From a virus (taxonomy: Duplodnaviria; Heunggongvirae; Uroviricota; Caudoviricetes), in the IMG/VR virus record IMGVR_UViG_2778261458_000005, positions 1-41,650 of that record: a stretch of 41,650 bases of DNA; one strand, given 5' to 3'. Under the pieces are notes generated by a model that saw nothing but the letters and a program-made list of their open reading frames with translations, was not told the DNA's origin and did no database searches. Numbering within the stretch: the stretch's first letter is position 1; each line of letters begins with the position of its first letter. Of this stretch, positions 30,698 to 40,567 are shown piece after piece. The position numbers were made by a program, and so were the translations under genes.

Positions 30698-32541
30698 TGA
30701 AAGTAACTGCAAACGGTAAGACATTTACCTTCCCTGATGGTACGAGCACGGAAGATATTGGCACCGCCATTGATGAGTATTTTGCTGGTCAGGCTGTTCA
30801 GCAACAAACAGTTAATCAGGTCAATAATGAACCAGCACGTGAAGAACCATCATTGATGCAACAAGCTGGCGATTGGCTCACAGGTGGTCAAAGTGCAGGG
30901 CAAATTGTAGAACAGGCTGGTCGTGGTCTGGTAAACATACCATTTGACGTATTGCAGGGTGGCGCAAGTCTGATTAATGCAATCAGCCAGGGGCTTGGTG
31001 GTCCAAAAGTATTGGATGATGTCTATCGTCCAGTCGATCGACCGACAGACCCTTATGCGCAAACTGGAGAAACAATTGGCGGGTATTTAGTTCCAGGAGT
31101 TGGAACGGCAGGAAGCATGGCTATTGGATCACTGGCAGAGGCCGCAAATCAGAAAGGCGATTTCGCACAAAATGCAGCAAAAAATGCCGGAGTTAACCTT
31201 GCCGCTCAGGGGGTTCTTTCCGCAGCAGCAAAGGGAATAGGGCGTGGAATAACGGCTATAAAAGGTGATATTGCGCCAGAAGTAGCGAAGAAAATTGCCA
31301 CATCAGAATCGATGGGCGTGACACCAATGACATCTGATGTTATCCCGCCGAAAAATGCTTTCACTCGCGGCCTTACTCAGGATGCCGAGGGGGCTTTGCT
31401 CGGGACAGGCTCAAAGCGAGCGGAGCAATATGCAACGCGTAGTAAGCTGGTAAGCAATTATTTTGACCGTTTTGGTGAGTACAACCCTGATGATGTGGTG
31501 AAATCTCTGACCACCACGTTAAGGGGGCGGAAGGATGCCGCTGGCGCTGTTATCAATGACGTCACCAATAAAATGGGTAATGCCGCAGTTGATACCACAA
31601 ATACCATGAATGCTCTGAATACAGCGATCGCAAGACAGGAACGGCTTGGGACGTCTGCCAATCAAAGCCTGCTTACATCCTTGCGTAACCTACGTGAAGA
31701 ATTAGCAAACCCTGCAACTGATTTGGATGTTACGTTTGATCTCTTGCGTCAGCACAGAACAGCATTTAGATCTAATGTTCAGGGAGATGCTATGGTCTTC
31801 CCCAACCAGGCAAAAGCAGCTACCAATATGGTAGAGAATGCAATGTCAAAAGACCTTCGTAACGCAGTTGCAAAAAACCTCGGTGCGTCAGACGCAGCAA
31901 AATACCTTAAAGCAAATTCCGATTATGCAAACGTTTATAATAAGGTGCTTAATAAAAACATTGCCAACAAGCTCAACAAGGCAAGCAGTGAAGCCAGTCC
32001 TGAACTTATAAATACCGTTGTATTAAGCAGAAAACCATCTGACGTGAAACGAATCTGGAGCGCACTGGATGATAAGGGGAAAGATGCTATGCGTGCAGCT
32101 TACGTCAGCAAAATAGCGGAAAAGGCCGGGGACTCTCCAGCCAAGTTCATCACTGAAGTTAATAAGCTGAAATCTCAGTCAGGCGGTGAAATTTACAACA
32201 CTATTTTTTCTGGAAAGCACATGAAAGAGCTTGATGCTCTTCATGAAGTTCTACAGCAAACAGCAAGGTCAGACACCGCAAATGTAGTAACTCAGACGGG
32301 GCAATCGCAAGCCAACAGGATAAGGACGATTGGCGCAACTGCGACCCTTGGCGTATCAATGGGGCTTGAGGCTGGTTTCGGTGCAATGATGCGCTTGTAT
32401 GAGTCAAAAGCAGCAAGGAATGCTCTCTTACGTTTGGCAAACACCAAAGCAGGAACACCAGCCTATGAAAGAGCGCTAAATAATGCTGCAAATGCGATAC
32501 GCCCTATACTTTCAAGCCAAATTACAGCAGAACAGCAATAA
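30694..32541 (+). CDS. Ejection protein (P22 gp16 type)
   Basis: 615 aa versus 609 for P22 gp16; ATGA overlap with the upstream gene. Confidence 0.8.
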   Translation: MMKVTANGKTFTFPDGTSTEDIGTAIDEYFAGQAVQQQTVNQVNNEPAREEPSLMQQAGDWLTGGQSAGQIVEQAGRGLVNIPFDVLQGGASLINAISQGLGGPKVLDDVYRPVDRPTDPYAQTGETIGGYLVPGVGTAGSMAIGSLAEAANQKGDFAQNAAKNAGVNLAAQGVLSAAAKGIGRGITAIKGDIAPEVAKKIATSESMGVTPMTSDVIPPKNAFTRGLTQDAEGALLGTGSKRAEQYATRSKLVSNYFDRFGEYNPDDVVKSLTTTLRGRKDAAGAVINDVTNKMGNAAVDTTNTMNALNTAIARQERLGTSANQSLLTSLRNLREELANPATDLDVTFDLLRQHRTAFRSNVQGDAMVFPNQAKAATNMVENAMSKDLRNAVAKNLGASDAAKYLKANSDYANVYNKVLNKNIANKLNKASSEASPELINTVVLSRKPSDVKRIWSALDDKGKDAMRAAYVSKIAEKAGDSPAKFITEVNKLKSQSGGEIYNTIFSGKHMKELDALHEVLQQTARSDTANVVTQTGQSQANRIRTIGATATLGVSMGLEAGFGAMMRLYESKAARNALLRLANTKAGTPAYERALNNAANAIRPILSSQITAEQQ

Positions 32542-32554
32542 AAAAAAGATATAA

Positions 32555-33040
32555 CTATCTGATATTACTGCTACTGTTGCATGTTACCGTGTTTCCAAAT
32601 CCTGAATTGCAGTTTGTATATGTGTCAACGCGTGTTGGGTAAGGTTGAGTTATAACAGGCTGGCGCGCTTTTTGCTCGATCGCTTGCATTGTGTTTACAG
32701 CCTGATAATTCAATAAAGCCTGCTGGAATGCTTGGCTTTGTGCTATTTGTTGTGCTTGTTCTTGGCTTTGTAATTGAACATAAAGATTCTGAAGTTCAAG
32801 TCTTGCCTGTGTGTCACTTATCTTGCCTTCATCGACACCTTGCCCGAGCATCTTCGCAGCAAGGACATACAGCTTAGGTGTTGGTGCTGATGCCATGCGA
32901 GAGTCGTTCTTCAAGCTGGCATCAAGGCAATTAGCCATATCGCTAAGCTTTGGATAGCGTTGTTCGCAACTTGCCTGATAGTCGCTTACTTTTGCGCACC
33001 CAGCCAGCAGAAGCGGGATAATTAACAGTGATTTTTTCAT
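32555..33040 (-). CDS. Lipoprotein, Gln-rich (candidate superinfection-exclusion factor; inference)
   Basis: Start at internal ATG 33040 with AAGGAG RBS; signal peptide MKKSLLIIPLLLAGC with lipobox LAGC; occupies the P22 sieA position. Confidence 0.65.
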   Translation of the reverse strand: MKKSLLIIPLLLAGCAKVSDYQASCEQRYPKLSDMANCLDASLKNDSRMASAPTPKLYVLAAKMLGQGVDEGKISDTQARLELQNLYVQLQSQEQAQQIAQSQAFQQALLNYQAVNTMQAIEQKARQPVITQPYPTRVDTYTNCNSGFGNTVTCNSSSNIR

Positions 33041-33074
33041 ATAATTAACTCTCCTTAGTTTTGCGCAGGATACC

Positions 33075-33440
33075 ATGAAAAAAGTTAACATTGGAAACGT
33101 ACCAAAGATGCTCGTTCCGCTCTTTGAGAGCGGTACAATTGTGTTTTGTAGAGACTTTCCAGAATGGCAACGCCTGCATCAAAAACTTGGCGTTGACGTG
33201 CATGACTCGGACGCCAACGGAGCGTCTCATACAATGAGTAGCGAGAATGGTGTTTTGCATGTGATAGGCGTGTTCAATGGCAAACTATCTACTATTGCCC
33301 ATGAGTGCGCTCACATGGCATTCGATATCTGCTCAAGGGTAGGTGTTGATGTTGAACCAGGAAGAGCCAACGAGACTTACTGCTACTTAATGAGCAGGCT
33401 TGTTGAGTTCTGCGAGCGACATATCAAAAAGCCGGAGTGA
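33075..33440 (+). CDS. Hypothetical protein with HExxH motif (putative zinc-metallopeptidase-like)
   Basis: 121 aa; AHECAHMAF contains HExxH; ATG with AGGA RBS; no close family recognised. Confidence 0.5.
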   Translation: MKKVNIGNVPKMLVPLFESGTIVFCRDFPEWQRLHQKLGVDVHDSDANGASHTMSSENGVLHVIGVFNGKLSTIAHECAHMAFDICSRVGVDVEPGRANETYCYLMSRLVEFCERHIKKPE

Positions 33441-33453
33441 CCCGGCTTGATTA

Positions 33454-33633
33454 TTACTTTTTGCTGTCTGGAGTTCGCTTATCCAATACCCAGCCATGAC
33501 CTGGCTTTGTTGTTGGTGGAAGCCTTTCGTTGTCCTTGACGGTGGCAAAATTGTCTTTCTTACCGCCGCGTGGGCCAACTTCTTGGTATATTCCGCCGTT
33601 TTTTCCTGTGTTTTCACCTGGTTTTTTCGCCAT
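33454..33633 (-). CDS. Small Gly/Lys-rich protein (YjzC-like, tentative)
   Basis: 59 aa from ATG 33633 with GAGG RBS; pattern NGGIYQEVGPRGG...LPPTTKPGHGW. Confidence 0.45.
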   Translation of the reverse strand: MAKKPGENTGKNGGIYQEVGPRGGKKDNFATVKDNERLPPTTKPGHGWVLDKRTPDSKK

Positions 33634-33732
33634 GATATACCTCAACATACACCCATTATTGGGCGATTAAATATTGATCTCATTTTATAAGTAGTCAATA
33701 TGGCCCAGGTAAATGCAAAAATTAACTCACCG

Positions 33733-33984
33733 TCAGGTGGTTTTTTTGTACAAATCCTTCAGCGTATCAAACACCATCTTCTTAACAAGATCTGACTGCT
33801 CATCAGCGAGTCGTTCTGCATCGTCACGATATCCAGTCACAGGCGATGGTTTTGATAGAGCATCTTGGACGATCTGTAACAACTCGGAGTTCATTGATCT
33901 CCCATTCGCCTCCGCCCTGAATTTTAATTTCTCCCTTACTTCCATAGGCATACGGAAGTTAAAGTGCGGATCATCTCTAGCCAT
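33733..33984 (-). CDS. mnt: Mnt repressor (immI)
   Basis: 83 aa, essentially identical to P22 Mnt as I recall it (MARDDPHFNFRMPMEVREKLKFRAEANGRSMNSELLQIV...). Confidence 0.9.
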   Translation of the reverse strand: MARDDPHFNFRMPMEVREKLKFRAEANGRSMNSELLQIVQDALSKPSPVTGYRDDAERLADEQSDLVKKMVFDTLKDLYKKTT

Positions 33985-34006
33985 GCCATCACTCCAAGTT
34001 AGTATA

Positions 34007-34059
34007 TTGACATGATAGAAGCACTCTACTATATTCTCAATAGGTCCACCGTGGACCTA
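34007..34059 (+). promoter_or_regulatory. Pant promoter with Oarc and Omnt operators
   Basis: -35 TTGACA (34007..34012), -10 TATATT (34030..34035); Oarc ATGATAGAAGCACTCTACTAT (34012..34032); Omnt palindrome TAGGTCCACCGTGGACCTA (34041..34059). Confidence 0.85.
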
Positions 34060-34074
34060 TATTGTGAGGTGAAC

Positions 34075-34236
34075 ATGAAAGGAATGAGCAAAATGCCGCA
34101 GTTCAATTTGCGGTGGCCTAAAGAAGTATTGGATTTGGTACGCAAGGTGGCGGAAGAGAATGGTCGGTCTGTTAACTCTGAGATTTATCAGAGAGTAATG
34201 GACAGCTTTAAGAAGGAAGGGCGCATTGGCGCGTAA
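34075..34236 (+). CDS. arc: Arc repressor (immI)
   Basis: 53 aa from internal ATG; [53 protein letters not shown] matches P22 Arc. Confidence 0.9.
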   Translation: MKGMSKMPQFNLRWPKEVLDLVRKVAEENGRSVNSEIYQRVMDSFKKEGRIGA

Positions 34237-34304
34237 AGTTGAAGCCCCAGCTGCGGGAACAGTCAGGGCTTCTGTTGTCAGTAAATTCGTGGAGAAAAAC
34301 CAAC

Positions 34305-35207
34305 ATGAATAGTATAGCAATTTTAGAAGCAGTGAACACCTCTTACGTACCTTTCAATGGTCAGAAGATTATCACCGCCATGGCTGCCGGAGTTGCATAT
34401 GTTGCGATGAAGCCAATCGTTGAAAACCTTGGAATGAGCTGGTCAACGCAGCAAACAAAACTCATGAAGCAGATTAGCAAATTCAACTGTGTTCATATGA
34501 ACATGGTTGCCGCTGATGGTAAGCTTCGTAAGCTACTCTGCCTTCCTTTGAAGAAGTTAAATGGATGGCTGTTCAGCATCAACCCTGAGAAAGTTCGTGC
34601 TGACATCCGCGATAAACTGATTCAGTACCAGGAAGAATGCTTTACTGTGCTGCATGACTACTGGGCGAAGGGAAAGGCAGAAAATGCACGTAAGAAAACA
34701 TCTGTTGATGACAGGACTCCGCTTCGTGATGCTGTAAATATGCTAGTCAGCAAAAAGCATCTAATGTACCCAGAAGCTTATGCAATGATTCATCAGCGTT
34801 TCAACGTGGAAAGTATTGAAGAGCTTGATTCATCTCAGATACCGCAAGCAGTAGAGTACATCCACAGGGTGGTGCTTGAAGGCGAGTTCATCGGCAAACA
34901 AGAGAAGAAAACCAACGAGCTTTCTGCAAAAGAAGCAAACAGCCTTGTATGGCTATGGGATTATGCCAATCGCTCACAGGCATTATTCCGCGAACTGTAT
35001 CCGGCATTAAAACAAATTCAATCTAACTATTCCGGAAGATGCTACGACTACGGTCATGAGTTCTCGTATATTATCGGAATGGCGAGAGATGTTTTAATCA
35101 ATCACACACGAGATGTTGATATTAATGAGCCAGACGGACCAACGAATCTTTCCGCATGGATGAGACTTAAGAATAAAGAATTACCTCCTTCAGTACATAA
35201 CTACTGA
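34305..35207 (+). CDS. ant: Antirepressor Ant
   Basis: 300 aa from internal ATG 34305, the P22 Ant length; N-terminus [25 protein letters not shown]. Confidence 0.9.
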   Translation: MNSIAILEAVNTSYVPFNGQKIITAMAAGVAYVAMKPIVENLGMSWSTQQTKLMKQISKFNCVHMNMVAADGKLRKLLCLPLKKLNGWLFSINPEKVRADIRDKLIQYQEECFTVLHDYWAKGKAENARKKTSVDDRTPLRDAVNMLVSKKHLMYPEAYAMIHQRFNVESIEELDSSQIPQAVEYIHRVVLEGEFIGKQEKKTNELSAKEANSLVWLWDYANRSQALFRELYPALKQIQSNYSGRCYDYGHEFSYIIGMARDVLINHTRDVDINEPDGPTNLSAWMRLKNKELPPSVHNY

Positions 35208-35226
35208 CAGATAACCAACGCAACGA

Positions 35227-35249
35227 CCCAGCTTCGGCTGGGTTTTTTA
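35227..35249 (+). terminator. Rho-independent terminator after ant
   Basis: CCCAGC-TTCG-GCTGGG followed by TTTTTT. Confidence 0.7.
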
Positions 35250-35306
35250 TGCCCAAAATTCACCGTGGCCACGCTGCGGCGATTCATTGTATCTGGAGCA
35301 AATTAA

Positions 35307-37676
35307 ATGACAGACATTACAGCCAATTTTGTAGTGAGTATGCCATCGCAACTCTTCACTATGGCGCGTTCTTTTAAAGCTGTAGCTAATGGCAAAATTT
35401 ATATCGGAAAGATTGATACTGATCCGGTAAATTCAGAAAACCAGATTCCGGTTTATGTAAGGAGCGAAGACGGTTCTCATATTGCCGTCTCACAGCCAAT
35501 AGTTATCAATGCGGCTGGATACCCGGTATATAACGGACAGATTGCCAAGTTCGTAACTGTGCAAGGCCATTCTATGGCTGTTTATGATGCATATGGTGCA
35601 CAGCAGTTCTATTTCCCGAATATACTGAAGTATGACCCGGATCAACTACTTGCTGAATTGTCAGGTCCATGTGGATCTGAAATGATTGGACGACCGGGTG
35701 GTGGAACTGTAGCAGATGTGATGCCATTAAAGGTCGATTTAAACATTCATGTACCATCAGATTATTCTTCACTGTCCGAAGCTCTGTTAAGTCTACATGA
35801 CAAACGATTTCCTGATACGAAAGTTAACATCACCGTCGCTCCCGGACTGTACACTGAATCAGCTACGTTACCTTCGTCGCACATTGATGGTGAAAACATC
35901 AATATTACAGGTAACACACAGGTATTCACCGCATCCAGAGTAAATTCTGTGGTTGCAGGAACATTCTCAGTTAAACATTGGGATGGTGTAGTAAAAAATC
36001 TAAACTACCACATAGTTACAGCCACCGTAACAGGAGCTATTCCTCAAGTTGGGGAATACGTTCTCGTGCGTGGAGCGTCTGGTGCAGATACAGCAGAATA
36101 TCATCTTGGTGTATGGGAGGTTACTTCTGTTACAGGTAACCAAGTAACTTGGCTCACATCTCTTAATTCAGCGCCTCCTGTTGGTGACATTTCCCTGACT
36201 GGTTCAATACTGAAGACAGTAATTCATTTTCTTGACTCAGCGAAGGGACCAACTGCAGTTATGGTGGAGAATTCATTATCACTTGGAATGATTAACGGTA
36301 TTGCGTTTGTTGGTGCAGCGCGTCCGTTAGCATCAGGAAGTCGTGGACCTGATAAATATGACGTTTTTGGTGGGTATGGCGGCAATACTGGTATTGTGGC
36401 TAGAGATGGCGGTGTTCTCAACTTGGGATCAGATATAGGCGTTAGCGGGTTTTCCGGATCTAACGTTTATGCGAATCGCAGCGGGACCATTGTTGTCGGG
36501 ATTGGTGCTGCTTCCAGTAATTCAGCACGCAACGGTTGGGGATCCGCTTCTGCAGTTACCCAGTGCCAAGGGGTAATTTCCTCAGGTAACCTCATTGATG
36601 GTGTTATTGCTCAGGATACGGGATTTACTTTCGCCCCTAAATCTCGCTCATACGGGAACCACCGTCATGCATATGTAGCGTCAGGTGGCGCATCATTAAA
36701 CATGGCTAATTCTGTTGGGCGTGGAAATATAGGAAATGGCATTGATAATATTAACTCTACAGTGCTTGCAAATGGATGCGTAATAAGAGGCAACGTCGGC
36801 ATGGCAATAAATAATGCTGCCGGTCAGACACGTATGCCTAACAGTGATTTACGCAATAATTCCGGAGTTGTATGCTCCCTGCATGGTTCTCTAAATATTA
36901 CCAGCTCAAACTTAGATGGAGTTTCAGTTAGAGCAGTTTCTGGAGGTTTCATTGACGTTACTGGGGCAACTGGAGTTGCTACTTATACTCCCGTGCGTAA
37001 TCACTATTCTGTTTTTGGCGGTTTTATTTCAAGCGGCACTGCTCAGGATTTCATTGGGTTTAGTTCTACAGGAAGTAATTCAGTTATGCGCCTTTCAGGA
37101 GATAACCACGTTTTGATAGGAACAGCCGCAGATCTTGCTGGACTTCATGGCGCTCGCCTTCACTGTAATGGTCCAGCAGTATTTGCCGGTGATATTTATC
37201 CTTCGACAGATGCGACCAATAATATTGGATCAGCTTCATTGCGAATGAACATTGGATTTTTCGCGGGAGGAACGCAATCTAGTTCAGATGGCAGGCTTAA
37301 GGACCCAACAAGACCATTCAATCAGGCGGAAATGAATGCAGCAAAGCGACTAGCTGAAAAAATTGGATTCTGGACATGGATTGATGATGAAGAAAAACGG
37401 CTACATGCAGGCATGACTGTCCAGACTGTTCTGGAAATCCTTAACGACGAAGGACTTGACTGGAGGAGATATGGGTTCATAGGTTACGACAAATGGGATG
37501 ATGTTTTTGAGCCGGTGATTCGCGAGTTACCTGACGGTTCTAAGGAGGATTCTGGAGAAATTAAGATTGTTAGGGAAGCTGGCGATCTTTGGCAATTCCG
37601 CGATCAAGAACTGGACAGGTTTATTATGAGGGGGCTTTCTCAGAGACTAAGTGAGTTAGAGTCAAAACTTTCGTAA
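35307..37676 (+). CDS. Tailspike: P22 gp9-type head-binding N-domain, divergent beta-helix receptor domain, C-terminal chaperone-like domain
   Basis: N-terminal ~110 aa match the P22 tailspike head-binding domain; middle is Gly/Asn/Ser-rich with repetitive beta-helix character; last ~130 aa resemble the self-cleaving chaperone domain of endosialidase/T5 fibres (SSDGRLKD). Confidence 0.85.
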   Translation: MTDITANFVVSMPSQLFTMARSFKAVANGKIYIGKIDTDPVNSENQIPVYVRSEDGSHIAVSQPIVINAAGYPVYNGQIAKFVTVQGHSMAVYDAYGAQQFYFPNILKYDPDQLLAELSGPCGSEMIGRPGGGTVADVMPLKVDLNIHVPSDYSSLSEALLSLHDKRFPDTKVNITVAPGLYTESATLPSSHIDGENINITGNTQVFTASRVNSVVAGTFSVKHWDGVVKNLNYHIVTATVTGAIPQVGEYVLVRGASGADTAEYHLGVWEVTSVTGNQVTWLTSLNSAPPVGDISLTGSILKTVIHFLDSAKGPTAVMVENSLSLGMINGIAFVGAARPLASGSRGPDKYDVFGGYGGNTGIVARDGGVLNLGSDIGVSGFSGSNVYANRSGTIVVGIGAASSNSARNGWGSASAVTQCQGVISSGNLIDGVIAQDTGFTFAPKSRSYGNHRHAYVASGGASLNMANSVGRGNIGNGIDNINSTVLANGCVIRGNVGMAINNAAGQTRMPNSDLRNNSGVVCSLHGSLNITSSNLDGVSVRAVSGGFIDVTGATGVATYTPVRNHYSVFGGFISSGTAQDFIGFSSTGSNSVMRLSGDNHVLIGTAADLAGLHGARLHCNGPAVFAGDIYPSTDATNNIGSASLRMNIGFFAGGTQSSSDGRLKDPTRPFNQAEMNAAKRLAEKIGFWTWIDDEEKRLHAGMTVQTVLEILNDEGLDWRRYGFIGYDKWDDVFEPVIRELPDGSKEDSGEIKIVREAGDLWQFRDQELDRFIMRGLSQRLSELESKLS

Positions 37677-37680
37677 ATAT

Positions 37681-37731
37681 CCCACCACCCACCAATTATA
37701 TTTACACTGCGATTTTTGGTGGGTGGTGGGT
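37681..37731. terminator. Perfect 15-bp inverted repeat hairpin between convergent tailspike and cargo genes
   Basis: CCCACCACCCACCAA / TTGGTGGGTGGTGGG with a 21-nt AT-rich loop; further GGTGG repeats to about 37750. Confidence 0.5.
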
Positions 37732-37755
37732 GGTGGGTGTGGTGGAGACAGGATG

Positions 37756-39015
37756 CTAAACAAGTGATTTTTTTAGTTTGTCTAATCTTTCATTTCTAAT
37801 CCTTATTCCATCTTCAAGTGTATTTTTAAGGGCGTCAACGAACGCCTTATTTTTTGGGCTTAGTTTCAATGCCGTGGAAAAATCATACTCTGCTTTGTCA
37901 TAATTACAAACATCCCGGTAGGCTAGGCCTCGCTGAAAGTAAGCTGAGGACAGCTTGGGATCAATTTCTGTAGCACGAGTTAATGATTTAATAGCATGCT
38001 CATATTTCTTATCCATTCTCAAACAGACTCCTAACTGTAGGTGAATTTTTGAGAAATCAGGGCATAGCTCTAATGCTTTATGTTGAGAGCTAATGGCTCC
38101 ATTAACATCTCCAGCTAAAAGCTGTGAAACTCCTAAAAAATACCATGCAGCCCCTGAGTCTGTAGCTAATGAAACGGCGCTGGAGGCTGCCTCAACAGCA
38201 TCAAGATAGTTTTTATTTTTTATATATTTATCGCACAGCATAATAAAACCAACTGCCTTATGGTTGGAATGTAAGCTGCCAGAGTTTGGCATGAAAGGTA
38301 ATGATTTTCCTTCAACAAATTCTGTTGATAACTTTAGTAATCCGTATTCTTTATTTATATAGTAAGCAGATGAATGTGCCTGATCTGTCAGAGTGTTCAC
38401 CAGACATCCTTTCACTGATGCAACTCTTTGAGCGTTGAATAAATCTGTTACATCCATCTCACCGGAATAAATATATGATTTAGATTTTGAATTTAACATT
38501 AAAGGCATGAGGTCTGGGAATTTCCTTGGCGAAGTATCTGGCATATTAATTTTAGACCTGCTTCCTGGTTGGTCCAGCAAAGTCTCTGGATCAAATGCTA
38601 ACGCATAAGCGTTTAACTTGCATCCAAAAAGCAACGCCCCATATCCACCCATGCTACTTCCCATGGTATATATCTTGTCAGCAGAAATAGTTCTAGCTAA
38701 GGATAAAATGAATTCACATGACTCATCAACAGATGATCCCATCCCCGGTATTCCATTTTGATACCATCCGTTATTAGCGTCATTAACATACAAAACATCG
38801 TACGGGAAATGAGTTAGAGTGTTGAAAAAAGTAAATCTTCCAGCCGGTATCTTCATGCTTGAAAATACAACCAGTAACTTACCATTGATGCTGCCACGCT
38901 GAAGAAGGAAATAGTCAGAGATAAATCCTTCATCAGGAATAGTTAATTTATACATATAATCAATACTATCGTAGTTGTCACTAAAAAATCCGAATTTTAT
39001 AGCGGTATGAGTCAT
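37756..39015 (-). CDS. Cargo gene: alpha/beta-hydrolase-like domain fused to C-terminal TPR repeats
   Basis: 419 aa; nucleophile-elbow motif GSSMGG in N-half; three or more TPR-like repeats in C-half; visibly AT-rich; no signal peptide. Confidence 0.7.
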   Translation of the reverse strand: MTHTAIKFGFFSDNYDSIDYMYKLTIPDEGFISDYFLLQRGSINGKLLVVFSSMKIPAGRFTFFNTLTHFPYDVLYVNDANNGWYQNGIPGMGSSVDESCEFILSLARTISADKIYTMGSSMGGYGALLFGCKLNAYALAFDPETLLDQPGSRSKINMPDTSPRKFPDLMPLMLNSKSKSYIYSGEMDVTDLFNAQRVASVKGCLVNTLTDQAHSSAYYINKEYGLLKLSTEFVEGKSLPFMPNSGSLHSNHKAVGFIMLCDKYIKNKNYLDAVEAASSAVSLATDSGAAWYFLGVSQLLAGDVNGAISSQHKALELCPDFSKIHLQLGVCLRMDKKYEHAIKSLTRATEIDPKLSSAYFQRGLAYRDVCNYDKAEYDFSTALKLSPKNKAFVDALKNTLEDGIRIRNERLDKLKKSLV

Positions 39016-39072
39016 TGATCAATAAATCCAAGTGATTTATTGATAGGATTACATGGTCTACATATTACAAAA

Positions 39073-39092
39073 TACTGTATTTACATGCAGTA
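39073..39092. promoter_or_regulatory. Candidate LexA (SOS) box TACTGTATTTACATGCAGTA
   Basis: Matches the E. coli LexA consensus TACTG-N10-CAGTA with an AT-rich spacer; about 58 bp upstream of the cargo-gene start, overlapping a possible -35/-10 (TAATAT). Confidence 0.5.
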
Positions 39093-39248
39093 TGTGGTAA
39101 GTTGGTCATCATGTTTTGTTGCATCAACAGAATTGTTTAGCATTTTGGTCATTTTCCATTTATCTATATTGCTCATGACCAAAAACTGAGACAAACAAAG
39201 CTTTGCACTGGATTGCAAGGCTTTATGTCACTCGATAGTTAAGGTCGA

Positions 39249-40406
39249 TCACTCCACCTTTTCATCAACCCAATCCGCCCACCACTGCATCATTTCTCTG
39301 CGCTTATCGAGATACTGAGCATGGTTGTAAATTCCACGTACAGATCCGCCATTGGCATGTGCCAGTTGCACTTCAATAGCATCAGCAGGCCATTCGTGCT
39401 CGTTCATAATCGTGCTAAATTCATGCCTGAATCCGTGACCGCTTTCCAGACCTTCATAGCCGATTTGTTTGATCACAAGCAGTACCGCGTTCTCGCAGAT
39501 TGGCTTCTTCTTATCGTTGCGACCGGCAAAAACAAACTCTGACACTGGTTTAGTGATTGAGCTTAGCGTAGTGAGAAGTTCAACCACCTGGTCTGACATA
39601 GGAACCACATGAATTTTGCGTCCCTTCATCACACTGGCGTCGATGGTGATAATCCTGTTTTCAAAATCGACGTTCTTCCATTGCATGGAACGAAGCTCTT
39701 TCGTTCTTAGGACTGTGTAGCGTAAAACTTTGGTCGCAATGAGCGATACGATACTTCCTGAAAATGTTGCCAGTGCTTTATTGAATGCTGGGATCTGGTC
39801 GGCAGGTAAAAACGGGAAGTTCTTCTTGCGGTATCCCTTCATGGCGTCAGCAAGGTCAGGTGCCGGATTATATTTAGCCCTGCCGGTGACAATAGCGTAA
39901 CGGAAAACCTCGCCGCATCTTCTGCGTGCTTTGTTGGCTCGCTCCATTGCGCCGCGATCTTCAAATCTGCGGATTACTTCCAGCAGTTGCATCGGCTCAA
40001 TATCCTGAATTTCAAGGCCGCCGATGATGGGTAAAATGTCGTCATCAAACATTTTTGCAAGTTCAGTCGCATACCCTACTGACCAGACTTGCTTCTTGTG
40101 TTCGTACCATTCCTTGTAAATTGCACTAAAGGAATTGTTGTTAGACGAAGCCTTTTTCGCTTTTACCGGATCGATGCCAACCGAGATGTCTTTCCTCGCA
40201 GTCCATGCTTTATCCCTTGCATCCTGCAAAGTCATAAGCGGATATTTTCCGACAGTCAAGATTTTCTCCTTACCTTCAATCTTGTAGCGAAGCTGCCATA
40301 CCTTTTTCCCGGATACAGGGACATAAAGGTACAGGCCATTACCATCGAGTAGGCGGTATGGTTTTTCTTTTGGCTTTGCTGCTTCAATCTGCTTAACGGT
40401 GAGCAT
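39249..40406 (-). CDS. intS: Tyrosine integrase (P4/IntS type)
   Basis: Start taken at ATG 40406 (385 aa, the K-12 IntS length; ORF-track start 40442 is GTG); N-terminal arm-binding motif KPYRLLDGNGLYLYV; C-terminal catalytic HxxR...Y region. Confidence 0.9.
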   Translation of the reverse strand: MLTVKQIEAAKPKEKPYRLLDGNGLYLYVPVSGKKVWQLRYKIEGKEKILTVGKYPLMTLQDARDKAWTARKDISVGIDPVKAKKASSNNNSFSAIYKEWYEHKKQVWSVGYATELAKMFDDDILPIIGGLEIQDIEPMQLLEVIRRFEDRGAMERANKARRRCGEVFRYAIVTGRAKYNPAPDLADAMKGYRKKNFPFLPADQIPAFNKALATFSGSIVSLIATKVLRYTVLRTKELRSMQWKNVDFENRIITIDASVMKGRKIHVVPMSDQVVELLTTLSSITKPVSEFVFAGRNDKKKPICENAVLLVIKQIGYEGLESGHGFRHEFSTIMNEHEWPADAIEVQLAHANGGSVRGIYNHAQYLDKRREMMQWWADWVDEKVE

Positions 40407-40567
40407 GGGTAAAAATCCGGTGGGTAAAATTATTTTATCCACTTTTTACCCGTCATGGAGTGCGGCTGTCAACGATCTGACGCGAACCATTACGAACTGC
40501 TAATCTACGGAAGGCTTGATATTCATGGGATTTTGCGGACTGGTACGGATGGTAGAGAACTGATAAA

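Noticed and set aside
33496-33690. 64-aa plus-strand ORF
   Set aside because: Antisense to the better-supported YjzC-like minus-strand gene and running into the mnt 3' region.
37717-37750. GGTGG-rich repeats as a possible CRISPR array or satellite
   Set aside because: Only one inverted-repeat pair plus short G-runs; no regularly spaced direct repeats or spacers. No CRISPR array was found anywhere in the window.
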